Assembly: GCA_016206785.1 (NCBI GenBank)
Contig: JACQQV010000012.1
Span: 9,176 to 73,175, forward strand
Direction of reading: 5' to 3'
Length of the DNA stretch: 64,000 nucleotides
Origin: Candidatus Omnitrophota bacterium
Lineage (GTDB): Bacteria; Omnitrophota; Gorgyraeia; JACQQV01
In this document: in pieces, positions 9,367 through 17,641 of the stretch
How positions within the stretch are numbered: position 1 is the stretch's first letter
Layout of the letters: every line of letters begins with the position of its first letter
Program-made: the position numbers and the translations under genes
Notes under the pieces: model-generated
What the model saw: the letters and a program-made list of their open reading frames with translations, nothing else
Database searches by the model: none
Told to the model about the DNA's origin: nothing

Positions 9367-10067
9367 TCTTCCAAATACCCCCTCAGTTCTTCCCAGGTTT
9401 TTGGACCTACGACCCCATCGGGAGCAAGACCTTTGGACCGCTGAAAGCCCCTGATGGCCTGTTTTGTTTGCGACCCTACTTTCCCATCAATGTCGCCCGT
9501 GTAAAATCCAGCTCTCTTCAGTGCTGTTTGAATTTTAATGCCCCTGTCTTTGGATTTAAGGCGGTAGCTCATAATTTCATCTTGAAGGTCGCTTTTTTCT
9601 GTCACTTCCCTCGTCTCTGCGATGTATGGTGCACTTTCTAAGGGAGCAAATGGTATCTCTTCTAAAATCGGATCTCCCAATGACGCTGTATCTAACGTGG
9701 ATACCGATTTTCTTCTTTCGTTGACTTGCGCCCATGTTTTAAAGTCCACGATGCCGGTGGACCGGAGTCTTTCCGCCTTTTGAAATTTTCGGATTGCATC
9801 CCTGGTCCTTGGACCCATCTCTCCGTCAATAGGACCAAGTTGGAATCCGATATCTTTCAAGATATTCTGCAATTCTCTAACGTGAGGGTTTCGCCCGGAG
9901 ACATCTCCCAGGACCTTCTCCTCCTCCGAGGCAACCCTTTCCTTAGAGAAAAAGTTGGTCACATGATTCCTTACAGGCTTAACAAACAGTAACGTCAAGA
10001 CGCCTGCAACAACGAGGATGCCTGTTGTCCTTAATAGATAACTTCTTCCAACATCGTTTTCTATCAC
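9363..10067 (-). CDS. protein with two peptidoglycan-binding (PG_binding_1) domains
   Basis: An N-terminal TM/signal segment followed by two PG_binding_1 repeats (LGPIDGEMGPRTRDAIRKFQ...; FYTGDIDGKVGSQTKQAIRGFQRSKGLAPDGVVGPKTW). Confidence 0.7.
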   Translation of the reverse strand: MIENDVGRSYLLRTTGILVVAGVLTLLFVKPVRNHVTNFFSKERVASEEEKVLGDVSGRNPHVRELQNILKDIGFQLGPIDGEMGPRTRDAIRKFQKAERLRSTGIVDFKTWAQVNERRKSVSTLDTASLGDPILEEIPFAPLESAPYIAETREVTEKSDLQDEIMSYRLKSKDRGIKIQTALKRAGFYTGDIDGKVGSQTKQAIRGFQRSKGLAPDGVVGPKTWEELRGYLEE

Positions 10068-10094
10068 TGCTGAACCCTATTTATAGAAGGGATC

Positions 10095-11057
10095 TTATTC
10101 AACAGGAATAAGTATCTTCTGGCCGGCCTTCAGGTTGTCAGGATTTTTGATTCTAGCCTTGTTCAATTCATAAAGGTATTTCCAACGGTGTCCGCTCCCA
10201 AGCTGTGTTTTAGCGATCTTCGAAAGGGAATCACCGGCTTGGACAGTATATTCTCTTGTTGAAACTTTAACGGCGGACTCGACTTTCTCTTGTCTTTCTT
10301 CGAGATATTTGCCCTCTTCAATCATTTTTATGCCTGTCACGGGGGGCGGCCCTTCATAAGGAAGCATAACATCTTCGACTTCAGCAATCATAAACTGGGC
10401 GTTTCGGTCTTTTTGCATTCCCACCAGGTCGGTAATCGGGGCGATCGCATCAAGTTTTCCCCGGCTGACGATACGGATACGGTCTTCGTCGATACCACGC
10501 TCAATTATAAATTTCTTAACCACTTCCGCGCGGCGCCGACCTAATCTTTCGTTATACGCCTCCGAGCCGCGGATATCGGCGCTTCCGGTAACCAAGATAC
10601 TTGCCTCCGGATTTCCTTTCAGCGCCTTGACCGCATTATTCAAAATAGGAATGTGATCTGTTCTCAAATCTGCTTTGTCAAAGTCAAAATAGATTTTCAC
10701 ATTTTTGATGATTTTCTTGATCAGCAAAGAGGGCCTCAGCTCCTTCGGTTTTGGCGGCGGCAATTCCTCCGCTTTGTAGTCAAAAATAATCTTGAAGACG
10801 TAGACATAGCCTCGATTCCCCCAAGGCCTTATCTTCCCTGGTTGGGTGGGCCACCACCAGTAGCCCCCGCGTTCCCTGTCTTTCACAGGATCTGGTTTGG
10901 CATCTGTCGGCCACCATTCAAAGCGCCTCTGAAGTGCTTCCATTTCCCGTTTTCTTTTTTCCTTGCGAGCTCCTTTATCCGCGGCATGAGAAAGTTGGAG
11001 TGAAGAAAACAGAAAGATCAATAGGATGGAAAAGGTGGTGAATTTTTGTCTACGCAT
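10095..11057 (-). CDS. OmpA-family peptidoglycan-associated protein with C-terminal LysM domain
   Basis: Signal peptide (LLIFLFSSLQLSHA), an OmpA_C-like core (ILVTGSADIRGSEAYNERLGRRRAEVV) and a LysM domain (YTVQAGDSLSKIAKTQL...ILIPV). Confidence 0.75.
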   Translation of the reverse strand: MRRQKFTTFSILLIFLFSSLQLSHAADKGARKEKRKREMEALQRRFEWWPTDAKPDPVKDRERGGYWWWPTQPGKIRPWGNRGYVYVFKIIFDYKAEELPPPKPKELRPSLLIKKIIKNVKIYFDFDKADLRTDHIPILNNAVKALKGNPEASILVTGSADIRGSEAYNERLGRRRAEVVKKFIIERGIDEDRIRIVSRGKLDAIAPITDLVGMQKDRNAQFMIAEVEDVMLPYEGPPPVTGIKMIEEGKYLEERQEKVESAVKVSTREYTVQAGDSLSKIAKTQLGSGHRWKYLYELNKARIKNPDNLKAGQKILIPVE

Positions 11058-11090
11058 CGTTTTTCGTTTTCATGGCTCATTTCTAATTAA

Positions 11091-11107
11091 AGCAAGTTGT
11101 GTGCCAA
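11091..11107 (-). promoter_or_regulatory. sigma-54 (-24/-12) promoter reading toward the OmpA-LysM/PG-binding operon
   Basis: The minus strand reads TTGGCAC-acaac-TTGCT, an exact TGGCAC-N5-TTGC match with canonical GG/GC spacing. It lies ~35 nt upstream of the ATG at 11057. Confidence 0.55.
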
Positions 11108-11152
11108 CCCTGATAAAAATAAGAAAGGCTTCTTAACTCATTGTAAGAAGCC
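11108..11152 (-). terminator. rho-independent terminator downstream of the response-regulator gene
   Basis: Stem ggcttctta/taagaagcc (11127-11152) is followed on the minus strand by tttcttatttttatc. Confidence 0.5.
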
Positions 11153-11241
11153 ATGTTATAGAAAAAGTCGATTTTCTACTGTCTCACAGATAATCTGGTA
11201 TGCTGTAAAAGAATTTGTCTGTCAGACAAGTTTTCTGCCTT

Positions 11242-12663
11242 TTAATCCTCTTGGATATGGACCTCCTTTCTGATACCCAGTTTGTTTATTTTATCTTTTA
11301 ACGTGGGGCGGCTAATTCCTAACAGTTTCGCCGCTTGGGTTTGGTTACCCTGCATCTTCTTCAGCACCTCAATGAGTAAGATTTTCTCGGTCTCTTCAAC
11401 AACGTTTGCATATAGTGAACCTTTCTTAGCGTCAACCTGTTGTCTAACCATTTGACGTAACGCGCTCTGGAACTGGCGCGGCGGTTCCTCTTGTCTGGTA
11501 CGATCTTCTTTCTCAATCGAGACACACTCTGGGAGAAGGGTGCTTCCCTTGCCAAGAAGGATCGCCCTTTTGATGACGTTTTCCAGTTCTCTCACATTCC
11601 CCGGCCAATCATACATCTGTAACGTCTGAAGCGCCTCAGGAGAAATCCTGCGTATCTCCTTCCCAAACTCCCTGTTGTATTTGACCAAGAAGTATTCTAC
11701 AAGCTGAGGGATGTCTTCCTTACGATCCCGTAGCGGCGGAATCATAATCGTCATGGCATTGAGTCTGTAGTATAAGTCTTCTCTGAACTTATTTTCTTTG
11801 ATAAGTGCCTCCAAATCTCTATTGGTCGCGGCAATTAGCCGGACATCGGCCCGAATGGAATTATTCCCGCCTAACCTTTCAAAAGATTTGTCTTCCAAGA
11901 TGCGCAAAACCTTTGCCTGGGTTGCATGGGACATATCCCCAATTTCATCCAAAAAGATTGTGCCACCATGGCACTGCTCCAGTCTCCCGATCCTGCGCTC
12001 TTTCGCATCGGTGAAGGCACCCTTTTCATATCCAAAGAGTTCGCTTTCTAAAAGGGAATCCGGGATCGCTGCTGAATTAATGATCAAAAAGGACTTATCT
12101 TTCCGTTTGGAGTGGTGATAGATCGCCCGGGCGATGAGTTCCTTGCCTGTTCCACTTTCGCCCCTTAAAAGGACAGTGACATCGCTTGCGGTAACACTGC
12201 CAACCAGCTTATACACCTGTTGCATGTTGAAGGAGGATCCGACGATCCTGTCCCCTTTGAAGGGTTCCTTGGGCTCATAGGTAACCTCTGTCCTCATGAT
12301 TCTTCCTACCTCAAGGGCCTCTTCAATTGTCTTTTTAATCTCACGGACATCAAATGGCTTGATCACATAGTCATAGGCACCCAGTCTCATCGCTTCAATC
12401 GCGGTCTCCGTTGTCCCAAAAGCAGTCATCAAAATAACCGGTATTTTATAGTCGATCTCTTTCAGTTTTGTAAATGCGTCCAACCCTGTCATCCCAGGCA
12501 TCCGGATATCCATAATGGTAAGGTCAATCGTCTGGCTTTTAGCGATAGAAAGTGCCTCTTGTGCATGATTGGCGGTAAGAACTTGATATCCGTCTTGTGC
12601 GAGGATCTTCTTGAAGGAAGAAAGCATATTTTTCTCGTCATCGACAACAAGGATTCTATTCAT
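11242..12663 (-). CDS. sigma-54-dependent Fis-family response regulator (NtrC/AtoC/ZraR type)
   Basis: A REC domain (ILVVDDEKNM...DLTIMDIRMPGMTGLD), an AAA+ sigma-54 activator domain (GESGTGKELIARAIH, GAFTDA, ESELFGYEKGAFTDA) and a C-terminal Fis-type HTH (AAKLLGISRPTLKDKINKLGI). Confidence 0.9.
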   Translation of the reverse strand: MNRILVVDDEKNMLSSFKKILAQDGYQVLTANHAQEALSIAKSQTIDLTIMDIRMPGMTGLDAFTKLKEIDYKIPVILMTAFGTTETAIEAMRLGAYDYVIKPFDVREIKKTIEEALEVGRIMRTEVTYEPKEPFKGDRIVGSSFNMQQVYKLVGSVTASDVTVLLRGESGTGKELIARAIYHHSKRKDKSFLIINSAAIPDSLLESELFGYEKGAFTDAKERRIGRLEQCHGGTIFLDEIGDMSHATQAKVLRILEDKSFERLGGNNSIRADVRLIAATNRDLEALIKENKFREDLYYRLNAMTIMIPPLRDRKEDIPQLVEYFLVKYNREFGKEIRRISPEALQTLQMYDWPGNVRELENVIKRAILLGKGSTLLPECVSIEKEDRTRQEEPPRQFQSALRQMVRQQVDAKKGSLYANVVEETEKILLIEVLKKMQGNQTQAAKLLGISRPTLKDKINKLGIRKEVHIQED

Positions 12664-12674
12664 TCAAAACCTCT

Positions 12675-14015
12675 TTAAGCCAACGTACCACTATCCTTCA
12701 ACGGAATGGGCAATCTCATGTTTAATCGAGTTCCTCCCCCTGCCTCGCTATTTATCGTAATGACCCCTTTATGCATCTGAATAATCCTAGAGGCAATAAA
12801 TAGCCCCAACCCTATCCCAGTCTGTTTGGTGGTAAAGAAGGGCTCAAATAATTTCTTCTTTAGATCAGGAGGTATCCCAACGCCCGTATCTTTGAACTCG
12901 ATGTCTAAAACGCCGGCTGATTTCCTGTCTCCGTTTTTCATGGAGGTGGATATCTCTAATCTTCCGCCATGGGGCATCGCCTCAATGGCATTTAGCAGGA
13001 TGTTTAAAAATGCCTGGCGCATCTGCTCCTTATCTATTTCAACTTCGAGGGAGACGGCTTCCCATCTCTTATGGATTTCGATTTTCTGGGAGGAGACTTT
13101 CGGTGAAAGAAAGTCAACGGTTGACTCTAACACACGGTGGATGTCAACCCTCTGAAGATTTGGCTCAGGAGGGCGCGCAAAATCAAGAAAGTTCTGCACG
13201 ATCTTCTCCATCCTATTTATCTCCTCGTTGATGACAGCCGTATCATCTTTTGCACTTAGATTTTCTTTAAGTTCCTCCTGTAGAGAATGGACTCTCATTT
13301 TAATGGCTGACAAGGGATTCCTGATCTCATGGGCAATCGTGGCAGAGAGTTGCCCCAAAGAGGCCATCTTGGCAGATTGGACCAGTTGTTCTCCGACCTT
13401 GCGCGCAATCAAAAACCCCATGACTAAACCGAGACAGAGGGTAATGAGAATGGTTACCCAAATCAGGGAGGTCATTTTGATCGCATTCCTTCGGGAAGAG
13501 GCCTCGGCCTTGACGATCAGCGATTCATTTGTGAGGATGAGGTCCTCACATTTTTGATAGAGCGCGTCAATGCTATTTTTCATGTCATTCAGGAGAATCC
13601 CTTTGGCTTCTGTTACATTGCCTCCTTGGTATAACCCAATGGCCCTGTTTCTCTGGTTATCATATACTTTATATAAGGCACGGATATCTTGGAGGATCCT
13701 TTTTTCCTCAGGGGTCAAGGCCACCTCTTGAGCGTTTTTAAACCAGATGTCAAAGTCCCTTTTCTTTTCCTCAAGCGTTCTAAGCCATTCTGGATTCCCA
13801 TCTAAAATATAACTTGATACCATCCCTTTTTGATTGAGTAAAGCCAGTTCCAATTCCTCGGCTGCTTTTAAGCTTGAGACATTCTCCTTCATAATGGATC
13901 GGGAGACATTCTGGAGATTTTTTGTTGTGATAAAGGTAAAATATCCAACTAAAATTAACAGGAATGCCATCACGGCGAGGCCACCGATGATCCTGTGGCT
14001 AAATGCGACTTTCAT
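12675..14015 (-). CDS. sensor histidine kinase (HisKA + HATPase_c, two-TM periplasmic sensor)
   Basis: Two TM segments flank a ~150-aa periplasmic domain. It has an H-box (HEIRNPLSAIKM), N-box (ILLNAIEAM) and G-boxes (DTGVGIP, GIGLGL). Confidence 0.85.
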   Translation of the reverse strand: MKVAFSHRIIGGLAVMAFLLILVGYFTFITTKNLQNVSRSIMKENVSSLKAAEELELALLNQKGMVSSYILDGNPEWLRTLEEKKRDFDIWFKNAQEVALTPEEKRILQDIRALYKVYDNQRNRAIGLYQGGNVTEAKGILLNDMKNSIDALYQKCEDLILTNESLIVKAEASSRRNAIKMTSLIWVTILITLCLGLVMGFLIARKVGEQLVQSAKMASLGQLSATIAHEIRNPLSAIKMRVHSLQEELKENLSAKDDTAVINEEINRMEKIVQNFLDFARPPEPNLQRVDIHRVLESTVDFLSPKVSSQKIEIHKRWEAVSLEVEIDKEQMRQAFLNILLNAIEAMPHGGRLEISTSMKNGDRKSAGVLDIEFKDTGVGIPPDLKKKLFEPFFTTKQTGIGLGLFIASRIIQMHKGVITINSEAGGGTRLNMRLPIPLKDSGTLA

Positions 14016-14154
14016 GATTCTTTGTTTTGGCCTCCTTTACTTTTTCCTTCTTTGCGCCTGCTCACAACAATCGCGTAAATGAAGAAGAAAATAACTGCTC
14101 CCAAAAGAATGTAAACAGGCCAATCTTTCTCCAGGTTCAACGAGATCATAAACG

Positions 14155-14198
14155 TTTTCCCTATTAAAAAGCCGCCATCTGACAGAGTCAGATGGCGG
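14155..14198 (-). terminator. rho-independent terminator (copy 2 of the repeated hairpin element)
   Basis: Perfect stem ccgccatctga/tcagatggcgg (14172-14198) followed on the minus strand by ctttttaatag. Confidence 0.5.
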
Positions 14199-14339
14199 CC
14201 CGACCATCTCGGTCTCCTCCAGAGGCGGAAAATCCGTCTCCGGACCCTTTGATCAATTATCTATTCCAAGATACCACTCTTCTTGAGAAATCGCAAAGAA
14301 AAATTTCAAAGGATATTACGGCAGAACTGGAGAGATGCC

Positions 14340-14624
14340 TTACTCCTTAGGATGAATTTCTGCTATGAGTTCCTCATAAATGGTCTTGCGAGGACCCACG
14401 CCTACTACTACGACCGTAATCACCTGGCGCTCGATTCGATAAACAATCCGAAAGCGTCTGGCACGAAAAGAATAGAGTCCCGCAAGCTCATCACGCAGGA
14501 GTTTTCCGATTGATGGGTCTCTGCGGATATCCTCTAGGGCTCCGCGAATGTAACGCTTAGTCTGTGGCGGGAAGGTGCGAAGCGCAGCTTCTACTTTTGG
14601 CGTAACGACAAGACGCCACGTCAC
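14340..14624 (-). CDS. type II toxin, RelE/ParE family
   Basis: A 94-aa protein with a RelE/ParE-like pattern (RFRIVYRIERQVITVVVVGVGPRK). It overlaps the upstream antitoxin gene by 4 nt. Confidence 0.75.
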   Translation of the reverse strand: MTWRLVVTPKVEAALRTFPPQTKRYIRGALEDIRRDPSIGKLLRDELAGLYSFRARRFRIVYRIERQVITVVVVGVGPRKTIYEELIAEIHPKE

Positions 14625-14896
14625 ATACGGCCCCAGCGAATTTTCTCCAGAGGAATTCCCTTACCCCCCCGACGAAAATACCGAAGGGAAGAGCGTATCT
14701 GGGCCATTAGTTTGGGGTCTTGTTTAATCGCGAGTGTTTCTGCAATGGACTCCCATTCATCATAAGAGACCAAGACCGCAGCAGGTTTTCCCTTGGCGGT
14801 AATGACCACTTCATCTCCTAAGCGATTCACCCGGCGCACCGCCTCCAAGGCATGGGTCCGAAACTCGGTTACCGGCACGACATTCAATAGTTTCAT
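14621..14896 (-). CDS. type II antitoxin, Phd/YefM family
   Basis: A 91-aa protein with a Phd/YefM-like N-terminus (VPVTEFRTHALEAVRRVNRLGDEVVITAKGKPAAVLVSYDEWESIAETL). Confidence 0.75.
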   Translation of the reverse strand: MKLLNVVPVTEFRTHALEAVRRVNRLGDEVVITAKGKPAAVLVSYDEWESIAETLAIKQDPKLMAQIRSSLRYFRRGGKGIPLEKIRWGRM

Positions 14897-14969
14897 CAGG
14901 AACCTCCAAAAGGAAGTGTAGCATAAAAATGAGCATTTGTCAATGGCTGTCCCGCTTGGACGTTATATG

Positions 14970-15989
14970 TTAGCTCTCTTTCAAGCGATAGATCGTGGGG
15001 CGGGTAGACGAAGCGATCACAACGCCGTTCTTCACCAAAGGTTGAAGGATCTTGTAGACCTGTGCCCGTTTCACCCCCATGAGACGTTCGAGTTCCTTCA
15101 CGGTGAAGCCCGGCCTTTCCCTTAACTCAAGCAGAAGCCTCTCTTGTTTCCGTGTGAGCACGATGCGCTTGGGCAATCTGGGCAGCGCCAGTTCTGAAAG
15201 GCGCTGTTGGGTCCGTTCAAGGGTCGTCTGAATGGCAAACGCACAATACTCCAGCCAGGAGGTTAAATCTCCTTTTTCTTTCCGAACCTGTTGGATTGCT
15301 TCATAATAGCCTTCGTGATCCTCTTTAAAAAACTGGTCCACCGCAAAAAGATGTTGTGTATCAAATCCACGGCGATACAGAATCCAAGTTGCCAGGGCGC
15401 GGGCCGCTCGACCATTCCCATCCAAAAAAGGGTGGATGCGTGCCAATTCATAGTGAGCACAGGCAGAGACGATAATGGGATGAACCTGTCTGCCCTCCTT
15501 CTCCAGCCAGTTTAGAAGTGCTTGCGTGAGTGGGTGTGCTTCCTTGGGGGGCGGAGGGGTACAGATCACTTTCCCTTTTGACATGATGACGTTCTGCCTC
15601 TTTTTATAACGGCCCGCTTGATCTTTGGGTAACAATCCAGAGGTCAGCAGTTTGTGGAGACGAAGAAGGTTTGATTCTGTAATTGGCGTTTCGGGGGACA
15701 CTCGTGCAATCCACCGAAGGCTGGTCAGATAGTTCAAAACCTCGCGCTTGGCCTCAACTTCTGCCGAAACTGGTTTTCCTCGCACCAAGGCTTCGACTTC
15801 AGGAAGTGTTAAGGGATTTCCTTCAATCGCTGTCGAGAAGTGGGCGCGTTTGATCATCGCCTCAAGGCGGACCTTCTCAAGCCACGCGACCTCTACAGGG
15901 GCCCTTGTAATTTGAACCTTAAGGGCCTCTGCCTCTGCCATGAGGATTGAAAGACGATTGGTGATATGGTAGTGAGGATGATAAGACAT
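14970..15989 (-). CDS. Fic family protein (AMPylator-type, class II with N-terminal inhibitory helix)
   Basis: Fic motif HPFLDGNGRAARALATW, an inhibitory [S/T]xxxE[G/N] motif (STAIEGN) near the N-terminus, and a C-terminal wHTH-like region. Confidence 0.85.
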   Translation of the reverse strand: MSYHPHYHITNRLSILMAEAEALKVQITRAPVEVAWLEKVRLEAMIKRAHFSTAIEGNPLTLPEVEALVRGKPVSAEVEAKREVLNYLTSLRWIARVSPETPITESNLLRLHKLLTSGLLPKDQAGRYKKRQNVIMSKGKVICTPPPPKEAHPLTQALLNWLEKEGRQVHPIIVSACAHYELARIHPFLDGNGRAARALATWILYRRGFDTQHLFAVDQFFKEDHEGYYEAIQQVRKEKGDLTSWLEYCAFAIQTTLERTQQRLSELALPRLPKRIVLTRKQERLLLELRERPGFTVKELERLMGVKRAQVYKILQPLVKNGVVIASSTRPTIYRLKES

Positions 15990-16064
15990 GCTCTCCCTTT
16001 TGGATTTTAGTGTCTCATTAGAGTCTACTTACTGTCTCGGCGGGTGTCAAGGACTTTTCGAGGT

Positions 16065-16138
16065 TGGCTGCCCCGTTTGGACTCGAACCAAAACTAACAG
16101 ATCCAGAGTCTGTCGTGCTACCATTACACTACGGGGCA
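16065..16138 (-). tRNA. tRNA-Gln (anticodon CUG)
   Basis: Manual fold of the reverse complement UGCCCCGUAGUGUAAUGGUAGCACGACAGACUCUGGAUCUGUUAGUUUUGGUUCGAGUCCAAACGGGGCAGCCA. It has a 7-bp acceptor stem with U1-A72, a D-stem GUGU/GCAC, anticodon stem ACAGA/UCUGU with loop CUCUGGA (anticodon CUG), T-stem UUUGG/CCAAA with loop UUCGAGU, discriminator G, and an encoded CCA. Confidence 0.85.
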
Positions 16139-16237
16139 TCGTTTCGTACATCGTCGTTCGTACTTCGTACATTGTATCCCAGGGACGTTTTCCGATGCGG
16201 AACCGACTCGTCCCTAGGGACGAGTCGGAAAACGTCC

Positions 16238-17548
16238 CTATTTCTGTTGGGAGGTGATCCAGTCTGCGGCGAAGCGAAGATTTTTTACCGTCTTCTCCTT
16301 CCCGGTCACGGCCAAAAGTTCAAAAAGGCCGGGACTCACCGTCCCGCCGGTCACCGCCACGCGCACCGGGTGGATGATCTCCTTTGCAGGAATGTTCCTT
16401 TCAGCAATGTATCCGCGGATGACTCCTTCGATTCGCTTCGCCTCAAAAGAGGAAAGCTCATCGAGACGGCGGGCGATTTCCTGAAAGTCGGAGGCTAGTT
16501 TTGGATTGCCCAATAGTTCTTTGGCTGCCGCTTCATCATACCGCACCTCTTCCGTAAAAAGAAACCGGCCCATCTCCAGGAGTTCCCGAAGGGTTTTAAG
16601 GCGCGTTTTAAAAAGGGTAAGGATCGCTTCCAGATGCTGATCATCGATCCGCGTTGAAAATCCCTCTTTCTCGAAAATGGAGCGGGTCAGTTTCACAAGA
16701 CGCTTGGCATCCGCTTCCTTCATATATTGGAGATTGATCCAGTCGAGTTTGTCGCTATTAAAAATCGCGGCGTTTTTATTCACTTTGACAATAGAGAATT
16801 CCTCGATCAACTCTTTCGGCGGGACCACCTCCCGATTATTCTTGGGACTCCACCCGAGAAGGGCCAAGTAATTGACAATCGCCTCTGGAAGATACCCCAG
16901 ATCGCGAAACTCCGTAATGGAAGTAGCACCGGTCCGTTTGGAAAGCCGCGACCGGTCCTCTCCCAAAATAAGTGGGATATGCGCAAAAAGAGGAACCGGA
17001 AAGTTAAGCGCCTCATAAATGGCAAGTTGTTTCGGCGTATTCGAAATGTGGTCATCCCCCCGGATCACATGCGTGATTTTCATAAGCGCATCATCGACCA
17101 CACAGGCAAAATTATAGGTCGGGGTGCCGTTTGATTTTGTAATCACGAGGTCTTCAAACTGCGCCTCGGCGGCAAGGTCAAAGACCATCTCTCCATGAAT
17201 CAGATCCTTGACCACCATCTTTTTCTTCGGCATCCGAAGCCGAACCGCCCCCTCGTCCAGATACGCCTTGTCCTGATGAAGGAGTTTCTTTGCAAAGTCG
17301 TCATAGAGTTCAAAACGGCTCGATTGAAGAAGGGGTCCCTCATCCCAATCCAGACCCAGCCATTCCAACGAGTCGAGGATTGTCTTCATGTGGCTCTCCT
17401 CCGAACGGACTACATCCGTGTCCTCGACACGGAGAATAAAGACCCCTTTCTCATGGCGGGCAAAGAGCCAGTTAAAAAGTGCGGTGCGTGCACTTCCGAT
17501 ATGGAGAGACCCGGTGGGGCTTGGGGCGAATCGGACACGTACAGACAT
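16238..17548 (-). CDS. gltX: glutamyl-tRNA synthetase
   Basis: HIGH motif (PSPTGSLHIGSART), a KMSKS-like RLSKR, and class-I GluRS catalytic-core similarity throughout. At 436 aa it is shorter than typical (~470 aa). Confidence 0.85.
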   Translation of the reverse strand: MSVRVRFAPSPTGSLHIGSARTALFNWLFARHEKGVFILRVEDTDVVRSEESHMKTILDSLEWLGLDWDEGPLLQSSRFELYDDFAKKLLHQDKAYLDEGAVRLRMPKKKMVVKDLIHGEMVFDLAAEAQFEDLVITKSNGTPTYNFACVVDDALMKITHVIRGDDHISNTPKQLAIYEALNFPVPLFAHIPLILGEDRSRLSKRTGATSITEFRDLGYLPEAIVNYLALLGWSPKNNREVVPPKELIEEFSIVKVNKNAAIFNSDKLDWINLQYMKEADAKRLVKLTRSIFEKEGFSTRIDDQHLEAILTLFKTRLKTLRELLEMGRFLFTEEVRYDEAAAKELLGNPKLASDFQEIARRLDELSSFEAKRIEGVIRGYIAERNIPAKEIIHPVRVAVTGGTVSPGLFELLAVTGKEKTVKNLRFAADWITSQQK

Positions 17549-17641
17549 GTTAAAACGAAGTTCGTGAAACGTGAAACGTGAAGCGTTGTTTGCTATACGA
17601 GATACGCTTCACGAGATACGAGCGACGAAACATGTATCGTC

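Noticed and set aside
16141-16181. cgtac-rich short repeats (cgtacatcgtcgttcgtacttcgtacattg) next to tRNA-Gln
   Set aside because: Low-complexity triplet-like repetition without clear structure. It is probably just the tRNA 5'-leader region and is too short to call an element.
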